Assembly: GCA_963752595.1 (NCBI GenBank)
Contig: CAVVYZ010000001.1
Coordinates: 192,001 to 256,000 of the forward strand
DNA from: an uncultured delta proteobacterium
GTDB taxonomy: Bacteria; Desulfobacterota; Desulfomonilia; UBA1062
DNA length: 64,000 nucleotides
Reading direction: 5' to 3'
The notes under the pieces were generated by a model. It had not been told where the DNA came from. It searched no databases and saw only the letters and a program-made list of their open reading frames with translations. Of this stretch, positions 34,001 to 43,399 are shown piece after piece. The position numbers were made by a program, and so were the translations under genes. The stretch's first letter is position 1. Each line of letters begins with the position of its first letter.

Positions 34001-34990
34001 GAGCTTGAGGCCGTCCATGCCGATGAGCTCATCGACGGAATACCCTGTCAGGTCGTCAAGCCCCTGGTTGCAGTCCAGGATGATCCCTTTTTCGTGTATG
34101 CCGATGCCGCCGAACGAAGCTTCATGAAGCGTACGGAAACGTTCCTCGCTCTCGCGAAGCTCCTGCTCGGCCTTTGTGCGTTCCGTGATGTCACGGGCAA
34201 TGCCGATGATACCGATCACAGCACCTGAAGCATCACAGTAAGGCGATTTGGTAGTGAGGAAAACGCGATCGCCGCCGGGTGTGGGGATCCGTTCTTCCAT
34301 GACGCTCGTCCGGCCGGACTCCAGGACAAGCCGGTCATTTTCCATGAGAGCGAGCCCGATTGCCATGTCGCTGTAGATCTCGCTGTCTCTCTTTCCGAGC
34401 ACCTGCATGGAGGTTTTGCCCATTGCCGAGAGTGTTGCCGGATTGGCCAGCAGGAAGCGGCCGGACCGGTCCTTCAGGAATATCGGATCAGGGCTCCCTT
34501 CAATAACGGCATGCAGGAGAGACCGGCTCTCGTACAAAGCTTCCTCTGTCCTCTTGCGTTCGGAGATGTCGCGGACAATGGCCACGATCCGGGGCTCGCG
34601 GTGAATAAGGGTCTGTTTGAGGTTTACCTCAATCCAGAACACCCTTCCTTCCCTGTCCCTGGCCTGCCATTCGAACATCGGAGACGACTCGCCACTGAGG
34701 GCCTGGCCGATCCGCTCGACCGCGCCTTCCTGGGTGTAGGGAGGTATCCCTGAGCTTAGGTCCCCCACCGAAAGCTTAACCGCCTCTTCGACCGTGTAAC
34801 CGTACATCTCGGTCATCTTCCTGTTGACGTCCAGGATGGCTCCGGTCGAAGGGTCGTGGATAAAGATCGCGTCATTCGCTGCATCGAATATTGCCCGGTA
34901 GCCGGTTTCGGAGGCCTTCATCATCTCCTCGGCCTTCTCGCATCCGTCTGTCGTCTCTATGAGTTTCCCGTGAGAGTTCTCTGATTCCAT
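31010..34990 (-). CDS. Cytoplasmic multi-PAS sensor histidine kinase without receiver domain
   Basis: About seven PAS/PAC repeats, mostly ending in DIT/DIS/DVT; H-box AGGIAHDL; FEPFFTTK; GSGMGL; SD AGGAG before ATG 34990. Confidence 0.92.
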   Translation of the reverse strand: MESENSHGKLIETTDGCEKAEEMMKASETGYRAIFDAANDAIFIHDPSTGAILDVNRKMTEMYGYTVEEAVKLSVGDLSSGIPPYTQEGAVERIGQALSGESSPMFEWQARDREGRVFWIEVNLKQTLIHREPRIVAIVRDISERKRTEEALYESRSLLHAVIEGSPDPIFLKDRSGRFLLANPATLSAMGKTSMQVLGKRDSEIYSDMAIGLALMENDRLVLESGRTSVMEERIPTPGGDRVFLTTKSPYCDASGAVIGIIGIARDITERTKAEQELRESEERFRTLHEASFGGIGIHEKGIILDCNQGLDDLTGYSVDELIGMDGLKLIAPAWRDYVMQRIVGSFGEPYDVEGMRKDGSIYPLEIQGKTIPYHGRTVRVTEFRDITERKQAESALRQSEERFRAAVDRFPDTFIIYDADRRFRFVNKHLIQVSGLAEEEILGHRDEEIFPHEEAGAYLPHLLRAIRTRQPQQAEVSISSGNIIQTLVVNYVPLLNEQGEIQQILGITMDITKHKQAEEKIGNLNTDLRRRVEELQTLLDVIPIGIGIAEGRESRTVRGNKTFEKILGMKQGANLSLSAGRDERPKSFKVLSHGRELGPDELPLQSAASRGTIVRNFEVEVVRDDGVTVSMLEFASPLHDVSGNIRGSVGAFLDITDRKRAEKALRASEERYRFLYDSMEQGVAEFDEAGNLVSVNQAANNILSMDLGKMLGRPFLQVFQSIPGAAQEDGAPFDVNNLPIMKTLKTGNSVLNKVMRFSGTGQADHRWVSVDLIPRLHKGDSQDKELARVFVIFSDITEVKNAQESLRKTNEELEQKVKFRTRVLAQTVDQLKEQKEILQTIINNIPVMLTFYDVTGKVKLVNREFEKLAGWSLEEARTMDLMAAIYPDPHYRAEIWDSMMKEKSGWKDIGITTRSGSLLQSSWANVRLPDGSLVGIGIDITARKRMEQDLLRLAAAIRQAEEGIVLFSPDGIIEYVNPAYEFLTGYQPDELIGKTTTFFGVEMHERYQSVFTQIKEGGESWTGRMTRKHMDGSALEIILSVSPVRDETGHIINFVAVVQDVTREVLLQQQVSQNQKMEALGTLAGGIAHDLKNILTPILINTEIALEDVGAENPVHPMLEEVLGAARIGSDLVKQIVTFSRQTPQEKKPVVISSIVKETLSFLRSSLPSTIEIHSRIHDECSTVFADPTQIKQVMINLGSNAGHAMKEQGGILEVELSDSVLSEETASLVSPDLSEGTYMKITVRDTGTGMDEKTVKHIFEPFFTTKKKGEGSGMGLAVVHGIVKGHQGAITVRSTPGEGSVFTVFLPRIERKENSDGCMNGLAS

Positions 34991-35341
34991 TGATACTCCT
35001 GATGCACCTGTCGATAACCGTACATATGCTGCCTGACAGCATGTTTCCTGAATATAGTATGAGAAAAAGAGAGAAACGGACTCAATCCATCTGAACACAA
35101 ACCCGAACAAAAGCGATTTATAAAATATGACGGGTGCATGATGATCAATTCCTTATGTAAATGTCAACATAAATAATTACAGAGCGAGCTTTTTTGCATC
35201 TATTTGCAGATAACCCTTTGTCTTGCTTGAGGGAGAAGAAATTGCGGGTATTCTCCATTCCATGAGGAGAAAAAGAGGGGGAGATGAATGCCGGGTTGTC
35301 AGGGATACATCAGGCAGCCCGTTAAGGAGCAACTGCCGGCC

Positions 35342-36394
35342 ATGAATCTCTATGAATATCTCGATTCGGTACGCAGATGGCAGGGCGCATTCCTGGATGT
35401 GTTCGGATTGGGTCCGCAAGAGTCCCCTTCGAGAACCGTGTTCTCAAGACGGTTGATGACGCTCAAGGTCTATGGCGGTGGACAGCCGGGAGGACCTGTC
35501 CTCCTGATTGTTCCTGCTCCGATCAAGAGGGCGTATATCTGGGATATTGCCCCGGGGGCAAGCGTGGTTCGTGAATGCCTGAGAAGCGGCATACGGGTTT
35601 ACATGATTCATTGGAAAGAACCCGGGCCGGATGATCAGGAGGCAGGGCTTGATGAGTATGCCGGCTCATTCATTGCCTCATGCCTGGATGCCGTCGGCAG
35701 CGAGACAAGAGAAAAGAGGGTATTCATAGCCGGACACTCGCTGGGCGGCACACTTTCCGCCATCTTCACTTCCCGGTTTACCGGCCGGGTCAGGGGCCTG
35801 ATCCTGGTGGGAGCCCCGTTGCAGTTCGGTCCGGATGTGGGAGAACTCGACGCGATGATTGCGAAGTCGCCGAAGGCCGAAGATTTTACCAAAAAGCTCG
35901 GCAATGTGCCGGGCGCCTTTGTCGGCTCGATGAGCAGCGCTGCTTCGCCGGAGAGCTTCAGGAAAGAACGCTTCCATGACTGGTTCTTAAGCCTCACGGA
36001 TCCGGAGGCCTGGCAGATGCATATGCGGGTGGAGCGCTGGACCCTCGATGAAATGCCCATGCCCCGGAGGCTTTTTGAGCAAGTCATGGAATTTCTGTAC
36101 CGTGAAGACCGGTTCATGAAGGCCCGATTGACGATCGACGGCCGGACTGCCGTCCCTGCGGGCGTCAGATCCCCGATCCTGAGCATTGCGGACAAGCGGT
36201 CGAGGGTCGTCTCGCCTCAGGCATCTCTTGCGTTTCATGATGCCGCGGCAAGCATCGACAAGAAAGTGCTCTGGTACAATGGCGATGTCGGGGTAGCGCT
36301 CCAGCATATCGGGATGCTCGTGGGAAAGAATGCCCATCAATACCTGTGGCCGGAGATCATTGCATGGATTCATGCTCACAGCCATACAGAATGA
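35342..36394 (+). CDS. PhaC-like alpha/beta hydrolase-fold protein with Ser lipase box
   Basis: P.LIVP..IKR.YI.D, V..I.W, GHSLGG, C-terminal HIG. Confidence 0.72.
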   Translation: MNLYEYLDSVRRWQGAFLDVFGLGPQESPSRTVFSRRLMTLKVYGGGQPGGPVLLIVPAPIKRAYIWDIAPGASVVRECLRSGIRVYMIHWKEPGPDDQEAGLDEYAGSFIASCLDAVGSETREKRVFIAGHSLGGTLSAIFTSRFTGRVRGLILVGAPLQFGPDVGELDAMIAKSPKAEDFTKKLGNVPGAFVGSMSSAASPESFRKERFHDWFLSLTDPEAWQMHMRVERWTLDEMPMPRRLFEQVMEFLYREDRFMKARLTIDGRTAVPAGVRSPILSIADKRSRVVSPQASLAFHDAAASIDKKVLWYNGDVGVALQHIGMLVGKNAHQYLWPEIIAWIHAHSHTE

Positions 36395-36472
36395 ACGGCG
36401 AGGATAACCACGGAAGGCCCTGCCATTATGTATGTATCCCCCGGCAATAACTGCTTGTCCATCGTTAAAATT

Positions 36473-36531
36473 AGTTGATTAACCAAAATATATTGACAGG
36501 AAATAGGAGTTATTTTATTGGTTAAGCAACT
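36473..36531. promoter_or_regulatory. Two operator-like sites flanking a TTGACA box upstream of ald
   Basis: AGTTGATTAACCAA (36473-36486) and TTGGTTAAGCAACT (36518-36531) are inverted copies with 1 mismatch; TTGACA at 36493. Confidence 0.65.
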
Positions 36532-36548
36532 CATCGCTGGAGGTTTCC

Positions 36549-37658
36549 ATGAATATCGGAGTCCCGAGAGAGATCAAGACGCGGGAGGGCAGAGTGGCCG
36601 TAACTCCGTCAGGGGTAGCGGCATTAAGAAGCCGGGGCCATCGGGTATATGTGGAAAACGGTGCAGGCCTGGGATCAGGGATGTCCGACAGTGCTTATGA
36701 AAAGGCAGGGGCGGTGATGGTTGCCGACCCGGATGCTCTATGGGGCTCCTCCGATATGATCGTCAAGGTCAAAGAGCCCATCCATGGAGAATTCGAGCGC
36801 ATGCACAAGGGGCAGATCCTGTTCACCTTCCTCCACCTTGCCGCATCCGTGGAACTCACCCGTGAGCTTCTCGAGCGCAAGGTTATCGGGATAGCCTATG
36901 AGACGATCCAGCTCGAAGACGGATCGCTCCCTCTGCTCGCCCCCATGAGCGCGGTTGCCGGCCGGCTCTCCATCCAGATGGGGTGCGCCTGCCTTGAGGC
37001 AAAAAACGGTGGAAAGGGAATACTGCTCTCGGGCGTGCCCGGAGTCCATCCGGCGAAAGTCGCGATCTTAGGCGCAGGGATATCCGGTCTCAACGCCGCA
37101 CACCTGGCCGTGGGCATGGGCGCACAGGTCTCTATCCTCGATATCAACCAGAAGCGCCTGAACTACATCGAGGATATTTTTCATTCCAGGATCATCACCC
37201 TCATGTCGAATCCCGAGAATGTTGAAAAGAGTGTCCGGGAGGCTGATCTCGTCATCGGGTCGGTGCTCATCCCCGGTGCACGGGCGCCGCATCTCATCAC
37301 GAGGGAGCTCTTAAGGGAAATGGAGCCGGGCTCAGCCATCGTGGATATCGCCATTGACCAGGGCGGATGCGCGGAGACGAGCAGGCCCACCACGCATGAT
37401 GATCCAACCTATATCGAAGAGGGCATTGTCCACTACTGCGTCACGAATATGCCCGGCGCAGTACCGCGCACCTCGACCTATGCGCTCGCCAACGGGACGT
37501 TTCCCTATGTGATGGAGCTTGCGGACAAGGGATGGGAGCGTGCCCTGCATGAAAACCGTGCCCTGGCAAAAGGCCTCAATGTATTGACAGGGAAGCTCAC
37601 GAACAGGAAGGTGGCCGAGGCCTTCGGATGGAAGGGCCTGGATTTCGAGGCTGTTTGA
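36549..37658 (+). CDS. ald: Alanine dehydrogenase
   Basis: IGVPREIK..EGRV, KVKEP, LHLA, PMS.VAG, DIAIDQGGC.ETS, NMPGAVPRTST. Confidence 0.96.
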   Translation: MNIGVPREIKTREGRVAVTPSGVAALRSRGHRVYVENGAGLGSGMSDSAYEKAGAVMVADPDALWGSSDMIVKVKEPIHGEFERMHKGQILFTFLHLAASVELTRELLERKVIGIAYETIQLEDGSLPLLAPMSAVAGRLSIQMGCACLEAKNGGKGILLSGVPGVHPAKVAILGAGISGLNAAHLAVGMGAQVSILDINQKRLNYIEDIFHSRIITLMSNPENVEKSVREADLVIGSVLIPGARAPHLITRELLREMEPGSAIVDIAIDQGGCAETSRPTTHDDPTYIEEGIVHYCVTNMPGAVPRTSTYALANGTFPYVMELADKGWERALHENRALAKGLNVLTGKLTNRKVAEAFGWKGLDFEAV

Positions 37659-37718
37659 TGTCCATGCCGGGTTAAATTGCCGGCTTCATGATCTGCACTG
37701 AAAAGGGAGGGTAAATAT

Positions 37719-39356
37719 ATGGAGGGCTGTAAGGATGTAGTATTTAAGAATGCTACGGTTTGGGCAGGCAACCCTATCAGGAAGGTTAAGGGGGGCATGA
37801 AGATAGCCGGGGGCAGAGTTGTTGAGATCTTCGAGAATGGACAACCCCCATGGGAGGCAGATCAATCCATCGACCTCAAAGGAATGCATGTCATCCCGGG
37901 GCTTATCGATGCACACCGGCACTTCTCTGCATATGCCCTGTTAGCCTGCTATGGTGATGCCGGTACATGGAGATCGAAGGCTGATGCGCTTGCTGCCATC
38001 GAGGCTGCATGCAGTGCGTCACGATCACCGGATGCATGGGTCTTCTTCTCGATGATGGATTATTCCAAGTGGAAGAAACCTTGCCCGCCATCGCTCAAGG
38101 AGATCGATGAGGTTGCACAGGGACGCCCGGTAGTTGTCGTCGACATTACCTTTCATCGCGGCATTGTATCATCGGAGGCAATCCGGAAGGTTGGGCTCGC
38201 GAGGAATACCCTGCGGCACGCAGGTGATGTGGAGGCCTCTTTTTCCGGCAAACCGAAGGGAATTATCTGGGAAGAGGCTCTCGGCAAGGTGCTGTTCAGC
38301 GTTTTCAGGGATATGCTGAAGATCCTGAGCAGGGAGGAGAAGATTAAACTCTTTCTCGACGAGGCCAAAAAGTGCCTTGCCATGGGTCTGACCCATGTGC
38401 ACGATCCCGGCATCCCCTCGGACATCCAGATGCTCCTGAACGATGCCCAGGGCAGCACGCCGTTGAAAATGAGCTGGTCGATAACGGGGAGTGAAAGCCT
38501 CTGCAGCCCTCCGGCCGGGGGGAATGAGCAAGGGGCCGTTCACTCGATTCATGCCCCGAAAAGCGTCAAGTTCTTCCTCGACGGCGCGCACCGTACCGCT
38601 GCGAGCATGCCTGTTATCGCCGGTCTCAAGGCAATGGTCCGTGCCGCGGCCGACAGCGTTTCCATGCTCGATACGCGCTCGCTCCGGCTTCTTTTCGAGC
38701 AGAAGATTATCTTACGGGGCAGCCGTCTGACCATGCCGTACTTGCGCTTTCCGGACACAGGAGATCTTATCCGGAGGGCCGCGTACTTTTCAGACAAGGG
38801 ATACCGGCTCGTGCTCCATGCACTGGGCAACGACGCTGTGCAGCAGGCGGCGACAGTGCTTAATACCATCAAACCGGCAGGTGGAGCATCGGTCGAGCAT
38901 CTGCTGGTCATGTCGGATAATGATCTGGATATATTTGCCGGCTGCGACGCAGTTGCATCCGTTCAGCCTGGATTCATACCGGTCTATGCGGATACCCTCG
39001 AGCGCCAGGGGGTGATTTCCTACATGAAGACCTTTGGGTTACGAAGCATGATCAGGAGGGGGATACCGGTCTGCATAAGCTCTGACGGGCCCTGTGGACC
39101 GGATGATCCCCTGTTCAATATCAGGAGGGCCGTGGATCGCAGGAAGCCTGACGGTTCCCGGCTCGATCCCGAAGAGTCAATCAGCCCGGAAGAGGCCCTT
39201 GCCGCCGCAACCATCGGGGGCAGCCTGTCCATGGGCAATGGAAATGAAGGCTTGAAGACGGGCGGTCCTGCACATTTCTGCATCGTAAGCGACGATCCGT
39301 TTTCAGATTCGAGCAGGGTAGTCCAGACCTGGATTGACGGGGTGAGGGCATATTGA
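37719..39356 (+). CDS. Metal-dependent amidohydrolase (YtcJ/NfdA-like, amidohydrolase 3)
   Basis: PGLIDAHRH, KFFLDG, HALG, EH, SSDGP, TWIDG. Confidence 0.87.
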   Translation: MEGCKDVVFKNATVWAGNPIRKVKGGMKIAGGRVVEIFENGQPPWEADQSIDLKGMHVIPGLIDAHRHFSAYALLACYGDAGTWRSKADALAAIEAACSASRSPDAWVFFSMMDYSKWKKPCPPSLKEIDEVAQGRPVVVVDITFHRGIVSSEAIRKVGLARNTLRHAGDVEASFSGKPKGIIWEEALGKVLFSVFRDMLKILSREEKIKLFLDEAKKCLAMGLTHVHDPGIPSDIQMLLNDAQGSTPLKMSWSITGSESLCSPPAGGNEQGAVHSIHAPKSVKFFLDGAHRTAASMPVIAGLKAMVRAAADSVSMLDTRSLRLLFEQKIILRGSRLTMPYLRFPDTGDLIRRAAYFSDKGYRLVLHALGNDAVQQAATVLNTIKPAGGASVEHLLVMSDNDLDIFAGCDAVASVQPGFIPVYADTLERQGVISYMKTFGLRSMIRRGIPVCISSDGPCGPDDPLFNIRRAVDRRKPDGSRLDPEESISPEEALAAATIGGSLSMGNGNEGLKTGGPAHFCIVSDDPFSDSSRVVQTWIDGVRAY

Positions 39357-39432
39357 ATGTTGTTACCGGCAGGCAGCCGGAAAAATGAAACCATGCATGA
39401 GCACTCGGCGTGCACTGAAGAAGGAGGTTCGT

Positions 39433-40836
39433 ATGGAAGAAATGGGGTATCAGAAGATGGATGTCCAGGAGCGTGACTATATCCAGCACCTCTTCGGCAA
39501 GCACATTTCCAGAGGGCAGGTGCGGTACTTAAGGTGTGCGCACCTGGATATCTATGAATGCAACCGCAAGGGGTGCACGGTCACGGATGCGGTTTCGGGC
39601 AGGAAGTTCTTCGACTGCTTCAGCTCGGCAGGGTGCTTCAATGTGGGCAGGGGAAATCCCCGGATCATTAAGGCGCTCGAGCAGGCTCTGGACAGGTATG
39701 ACATGGGGTCTCACCAGATCCTCTCCGAACACAAGATCAGGTTTGCCGAGAAGCTCGCAAGCCTCTGCCCCGGGGATCTCAAGCGCGTGGTGCTCTGCGC
39801 GAGCGGTGCCGATGCATGCGCAGGGGCCATTAAGCTCGCCAAGGGCGCAACGGGGAGAAACGAAGTGATCACCATGGATAAGGCCTACCACGGGCACGAG
39901 GGGTTCAGCCTGTCAGCAAACGGCAAGGATTATTACAAGGAGCTGTTCCTGCCGCTGATGCCGGGCTTCCGCGTGGTTCCCTTCAACGATCTGGAAGCGG
40001 TGAGGAAGGCCGCATCGAAAGATACGGCAGCGATCATTCTGGAGCCGGTGCAGGGGGAGGGAGGCATCCACGTCGCTACGCAGGAATACATGAAGGGCTT
40101 GAGAAAGCTCTGCGACGATCTCGGCATCATGCTCATCTTTGACGAGGTGCAGACGGGATTCGGCAGGACCGGAAAGATGTGGTGCATGGAGCACTACGGC
40201 ATGATCCCTGATATCATGTTCACGGCCAAGTCCTTAAGCGGAGGCGTTTATCCCAACGGCGCCGTCGTTTACCGGGAAAGAGAGCCCCTGATGAGCTATG
40301 TCGAAGAAAACCCGGCCTTCCATACCTCCCATTCCGGAGGATCGGACCTCGGGTGCATCGTATCGTCTGAAGTCCTCGATTACATCGTGGAGAACAAGCT
40401 CTGGGATCATGCAGCCAAGGTCGGAAAGCGTTTCAAGGACGGACTCATGGAGATCGGGAGGCAGAACATCGGGATCGTCAAGGAAGTGCGCGGGCTCGGG
40501 CTCATGATCGGCATCGAGTACAAATATGAGTTCATCGGTGCACTTATGGCAGATTGCCTTGCGAGGCATGGTGTCTGGGCCGTGTACTCGGGCAACGCCC
40601 CTCAGGTCATGCGCTTCCAGATACCTGTCACGGCATCCATGGAGGAAGTGGAAGAGCTCCTGGGACGGATCAAGGCTGCCGTGAGCTCCATGAAACTGTA
40701 TCTCATCTTCCTCCTCCCTCTGGCAAAGGTGCCCCTGTTCAGGATGATCCTCGACAACCTGAAAGTTCAGATCCTGGCCTTTAATATCGTAAGAGATATC
40801 GAAGAGATCGTTTTCAAATATGTAGTGAGAAAGTAA
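39433..40836 (+). CDS. Class III aminotransferase, Lys-bearing subunit A
   Basis: SGA, AYHG, EPVQGEGG, DEVQTGFGRTG, AKSLSGG, RGLGLMIG. Confidence 0.92.
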   Translation: MEEMGYQKMDVQERDYIQHLFGKHISRGQVRYLRCAHLDIYECNRKGCTVTDAVSGRKFFDCFSSAGCFNVGRGNPRIIKALEQALDRYDMGSHQILSEHKIRFAEKLASLCPGDLKRVVLCASGADACAGAIKLAKGATGRNEVITMDKAYHGHEGFSLSANGKDYYKELFLPLMPGFRVVPFNDLEAVRKAASKDTAAIILEPVQGEGGIHVATQEYMKGLRKLCDDLGIMLIFDEVQTGFGRTGKMWCMEHYGMIPDIMFTAKSLSGGVYPNGAVVYREREPLMSYVEENPAFHTSHSGGSDLGCIVSSEVLDYIVENKLWDHAAKVGKRFKDGLMEIGRQNIGIVKEVRGLGLMIGIEYKYEFIGALMADCLARHGVWAVYSGNAPQVMRFQIPVTASMEEVEELLGRIKAAVSSMKLYLIFLLPLAKVPLFRMILDNLKVQILAFNIVRDIEEIVFKYVVRK

Positions 40837-40848
40837 GGAGGTGCGGAT

Positions 40849-42079
40849 ATGAAGTCAGCATCGATAACGCGGACGGATAAGGGCAGTCTCTTCGTGGCAG
40901 CTGAAAAGGTGTTTTCGAAAAGTCTGGTGAAGATGATTTCGGAGCAGGGCCATGATTTCCTCGAAGGGCTTCGGGAAGGTGCGTACGTATTCGATGAAAG
41001 CGGGAATCGCTATCTCGACTGCTACACCTCGGCAGGTACGTTCAATCTGGGCCGGAAGAACAGTACCATTGCTGCAAGCCTGAAAAAGGCCCTTTACGAG
41101 ACCGACCAGGGGAATTTCGTCATGCCCTCCCAGGAGAAAGCTCTCCTTGCCCGGAGGATCTGCCGGTTCATGCCGGGAAATCTCGATTGCGTCCTCTTCG
41201 GGGTGACGCGGGGTGAATCCATGGAAGCGGCGCTGAAGCTCGCCCGCGGGTTTACCGGCCACAGCGGGATCGTCACAGTGGACAGCGGCTGCTACGGCGA
41301 GAGCGGCTTTGCGCTTTCGGTCTCGGAAAGGAAAGGCAAGGAGCAGTTCGGTGCGCTCATCCCCGATGTCAGGGTTGTTCCCTTCGGCGATGTAGCGGCA
41401 GCAAGGTCCGCAGCGGAATCGAAGCCGGCGGCATTCGTCATGGAGCCGATCCAGGCCGAGAACCACTGCAGGACGGCTTCGAATGACTACTATGCCGAGG
41501 TCAGGAGCCCTGTGCGACCGGCATGGAATCAAGCTCATCTTCGACGAAACCCAGAGCGGGTTCGGCAGGACCGGGCGGAAATTCTTCTTCGAGCATACAG
41601 GTGCCGTGCCGGATATCCTGATCGTCGGCGAGGCCATAACCGGCGGTATATTCCCCATGACCGCGATTATATTTACGCGTGAGCTGAAAGCCTTCTTCGA
41701 TATGCATCCCCTCATACACCTGTGCACCTTCGGCGGCCATGACCTCGGCTGCCGGGTTGCCATGGAAGCCCTGGATGAGTATGACCGGCAATCGCCGTGG
41801 GATAATGCGCAGCTCCTTGGAGAGAAGCTCCTGAAAGATCTTAAGTCACTTGCAGGAAGAAATACTGCCCTTCGGTCGGTTTCGGGCAAAGGCCTCCTGA
41901 TTTCATTGAAACTCGAATCCAAAGAGGCTGCCCTGAACTTTTGCAGAAAGGCAAGGGAGAAAGGGCTCCTCGTGAATGCGGGAAAGATCGATGAATCGTG
42001 CGTCGTGCTCAGGCCGAGCCTCCTGATCGGCCAGGCGGAAGAAACGTTCATTGCGGATACGATCGCCGGGATCATCTGA
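40849..42079 (+). CDS. Class III aminotransferase-like subunit B lacking the PLP-binding Lys; 1-nt frameshift near 41506
   Basis: DETQSGFGRTG and CTFGG present; GEAITGG replaces AKxxxGG; removing one base in GTCAGGAGCCCTG fuses the ORFs. Confidence 0.82.
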
Positions 42080-42230
42080 CTTCTGTTCTGCTCAAGTCAA
42101 AGATGGAATGCGTTTGGGTAGAGGGCATCCGGCGAGCGTGCTTTGCCGGTGATGAGGAGATGTTGATTCATGCCCGTGAATATGCCATAGTGCGGACTTA
42201 TCCAAAGAATCTCGTGAGGATACTAAAACC

Positions 42231-42821
42231 ATGGCAAGGAAGTCCGTACGTGAAGAGCGGAAGAAGCAGATCCTGCAGGCGCTGGATCACTGCCTGCTTG
42301 AGAAGTCGTTCCATAAGACTTCCATAAAGGACATCTCCCGCATCGCGAAGGTCAATCACGGGGTGCTTCACTACTACTTCAAGAGCAAGGAGGACATCCT
42401 CCTGCACTATATCGATTACGTGGTCGATTACTTCAAGGGCCAGGTGCAGGAGATGCTGAAAGCACAGAATACGGAGCAGATGTCCCGGAAGGATTTCGTA
42501 AAAGAAGTGTTCAGCTTTGTAAATCAGAAGATAACGCTGGACAGGAATCTCTCGAAGATCTTTGTGGAGATCTGGGAAATAGCCCTTTACAACGATATCG
42601 TGCGCTCAAAGCTTAAAGAGGCATATAAGGAATGGATACAGATCCTGACGGGAAATATCGCCGCCGGGTCTGACGACAGCGAGACAGCTTCCATCCTGAG
42701 CATCGCCATGGTCGCTTTCTGGGAGGGCATGGCGCTGTTTTCCACCATATTCGACGAAAGGGAAATCGATTTCCAAGAAACGCTTGCCAGGTTCCAGCAG
42801 AGGATTCTCGAGATCCTGTAA
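42231..42821 (+). CDS. TetR/AcrR family transcriptional regulator
   Basis: TSIKDISRIAKVNHGVLHYYFKSKEDIL. Confidence 0.92.
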   Translation: MARKSVREERKKQILQALDHCLLEKSFHKTSIKDISRIAKVNHGVLHYYFKSKEDILLHYIDYVVDYFKGQVQEMLKAQNTEQMSRKDFVKEVFSFVNQKITLDRNLSKIFVEIWEIALYNDIVRSKLKEAYKEWIQILTGNIAAGSDDSETASILSIAMVAFWEGMALFSTIFDEREIDFQETLARFQQRILEIL

Positions 42822-43399
42822 AAAACCTTTCATTTCTCCAGGGAAAAGCCCCATGGCCTAAAGGGGGAAGCTCCTTCGCAAAAAGGGAAAAATATGTCCC
42901 GAAGAGGCAAAGGAGAAAGGAGCAGCCCTAAGCCCCTCTCTCCTTTACCGGAGGTGGTTTCTAATGGAGAGGAAGAACATTGCCCGGCGGCAGAATGCAT
43001 CCTCCACACATCGGAATGCCTATACGCCGGGAAAGTTCGTGATCGTTCTTCCGTGTCATCAGCAAGGCCGGCCGGACAGTATCAAAGAGTATGCCGGATT
43101 TAAGGTTTTAAAATTACACGAAAAAAAAGGGAGGAAAATGTGCCGCGTGCACATTTGTACTTTTCACGACAAAAATTGATGCCCGGCTCAATAAATACCT
43201 GTGCCCGGATGTCAATCTCCCGGGAAAGTTTCAGGCGGGTACGGTATGGCGACTGATCCGATAGCTGCGGAGACTATTGGCCTCCCGATTGTTCGTGTAC
43301 TGGTGGGAAATGGGGGAAGAGGCGGTAATGCGTACTAATGGAATTCATATGTAGGAATCCTGTACGATTACAACTGCCTCGTGGAGCTTGCGAATAAGT

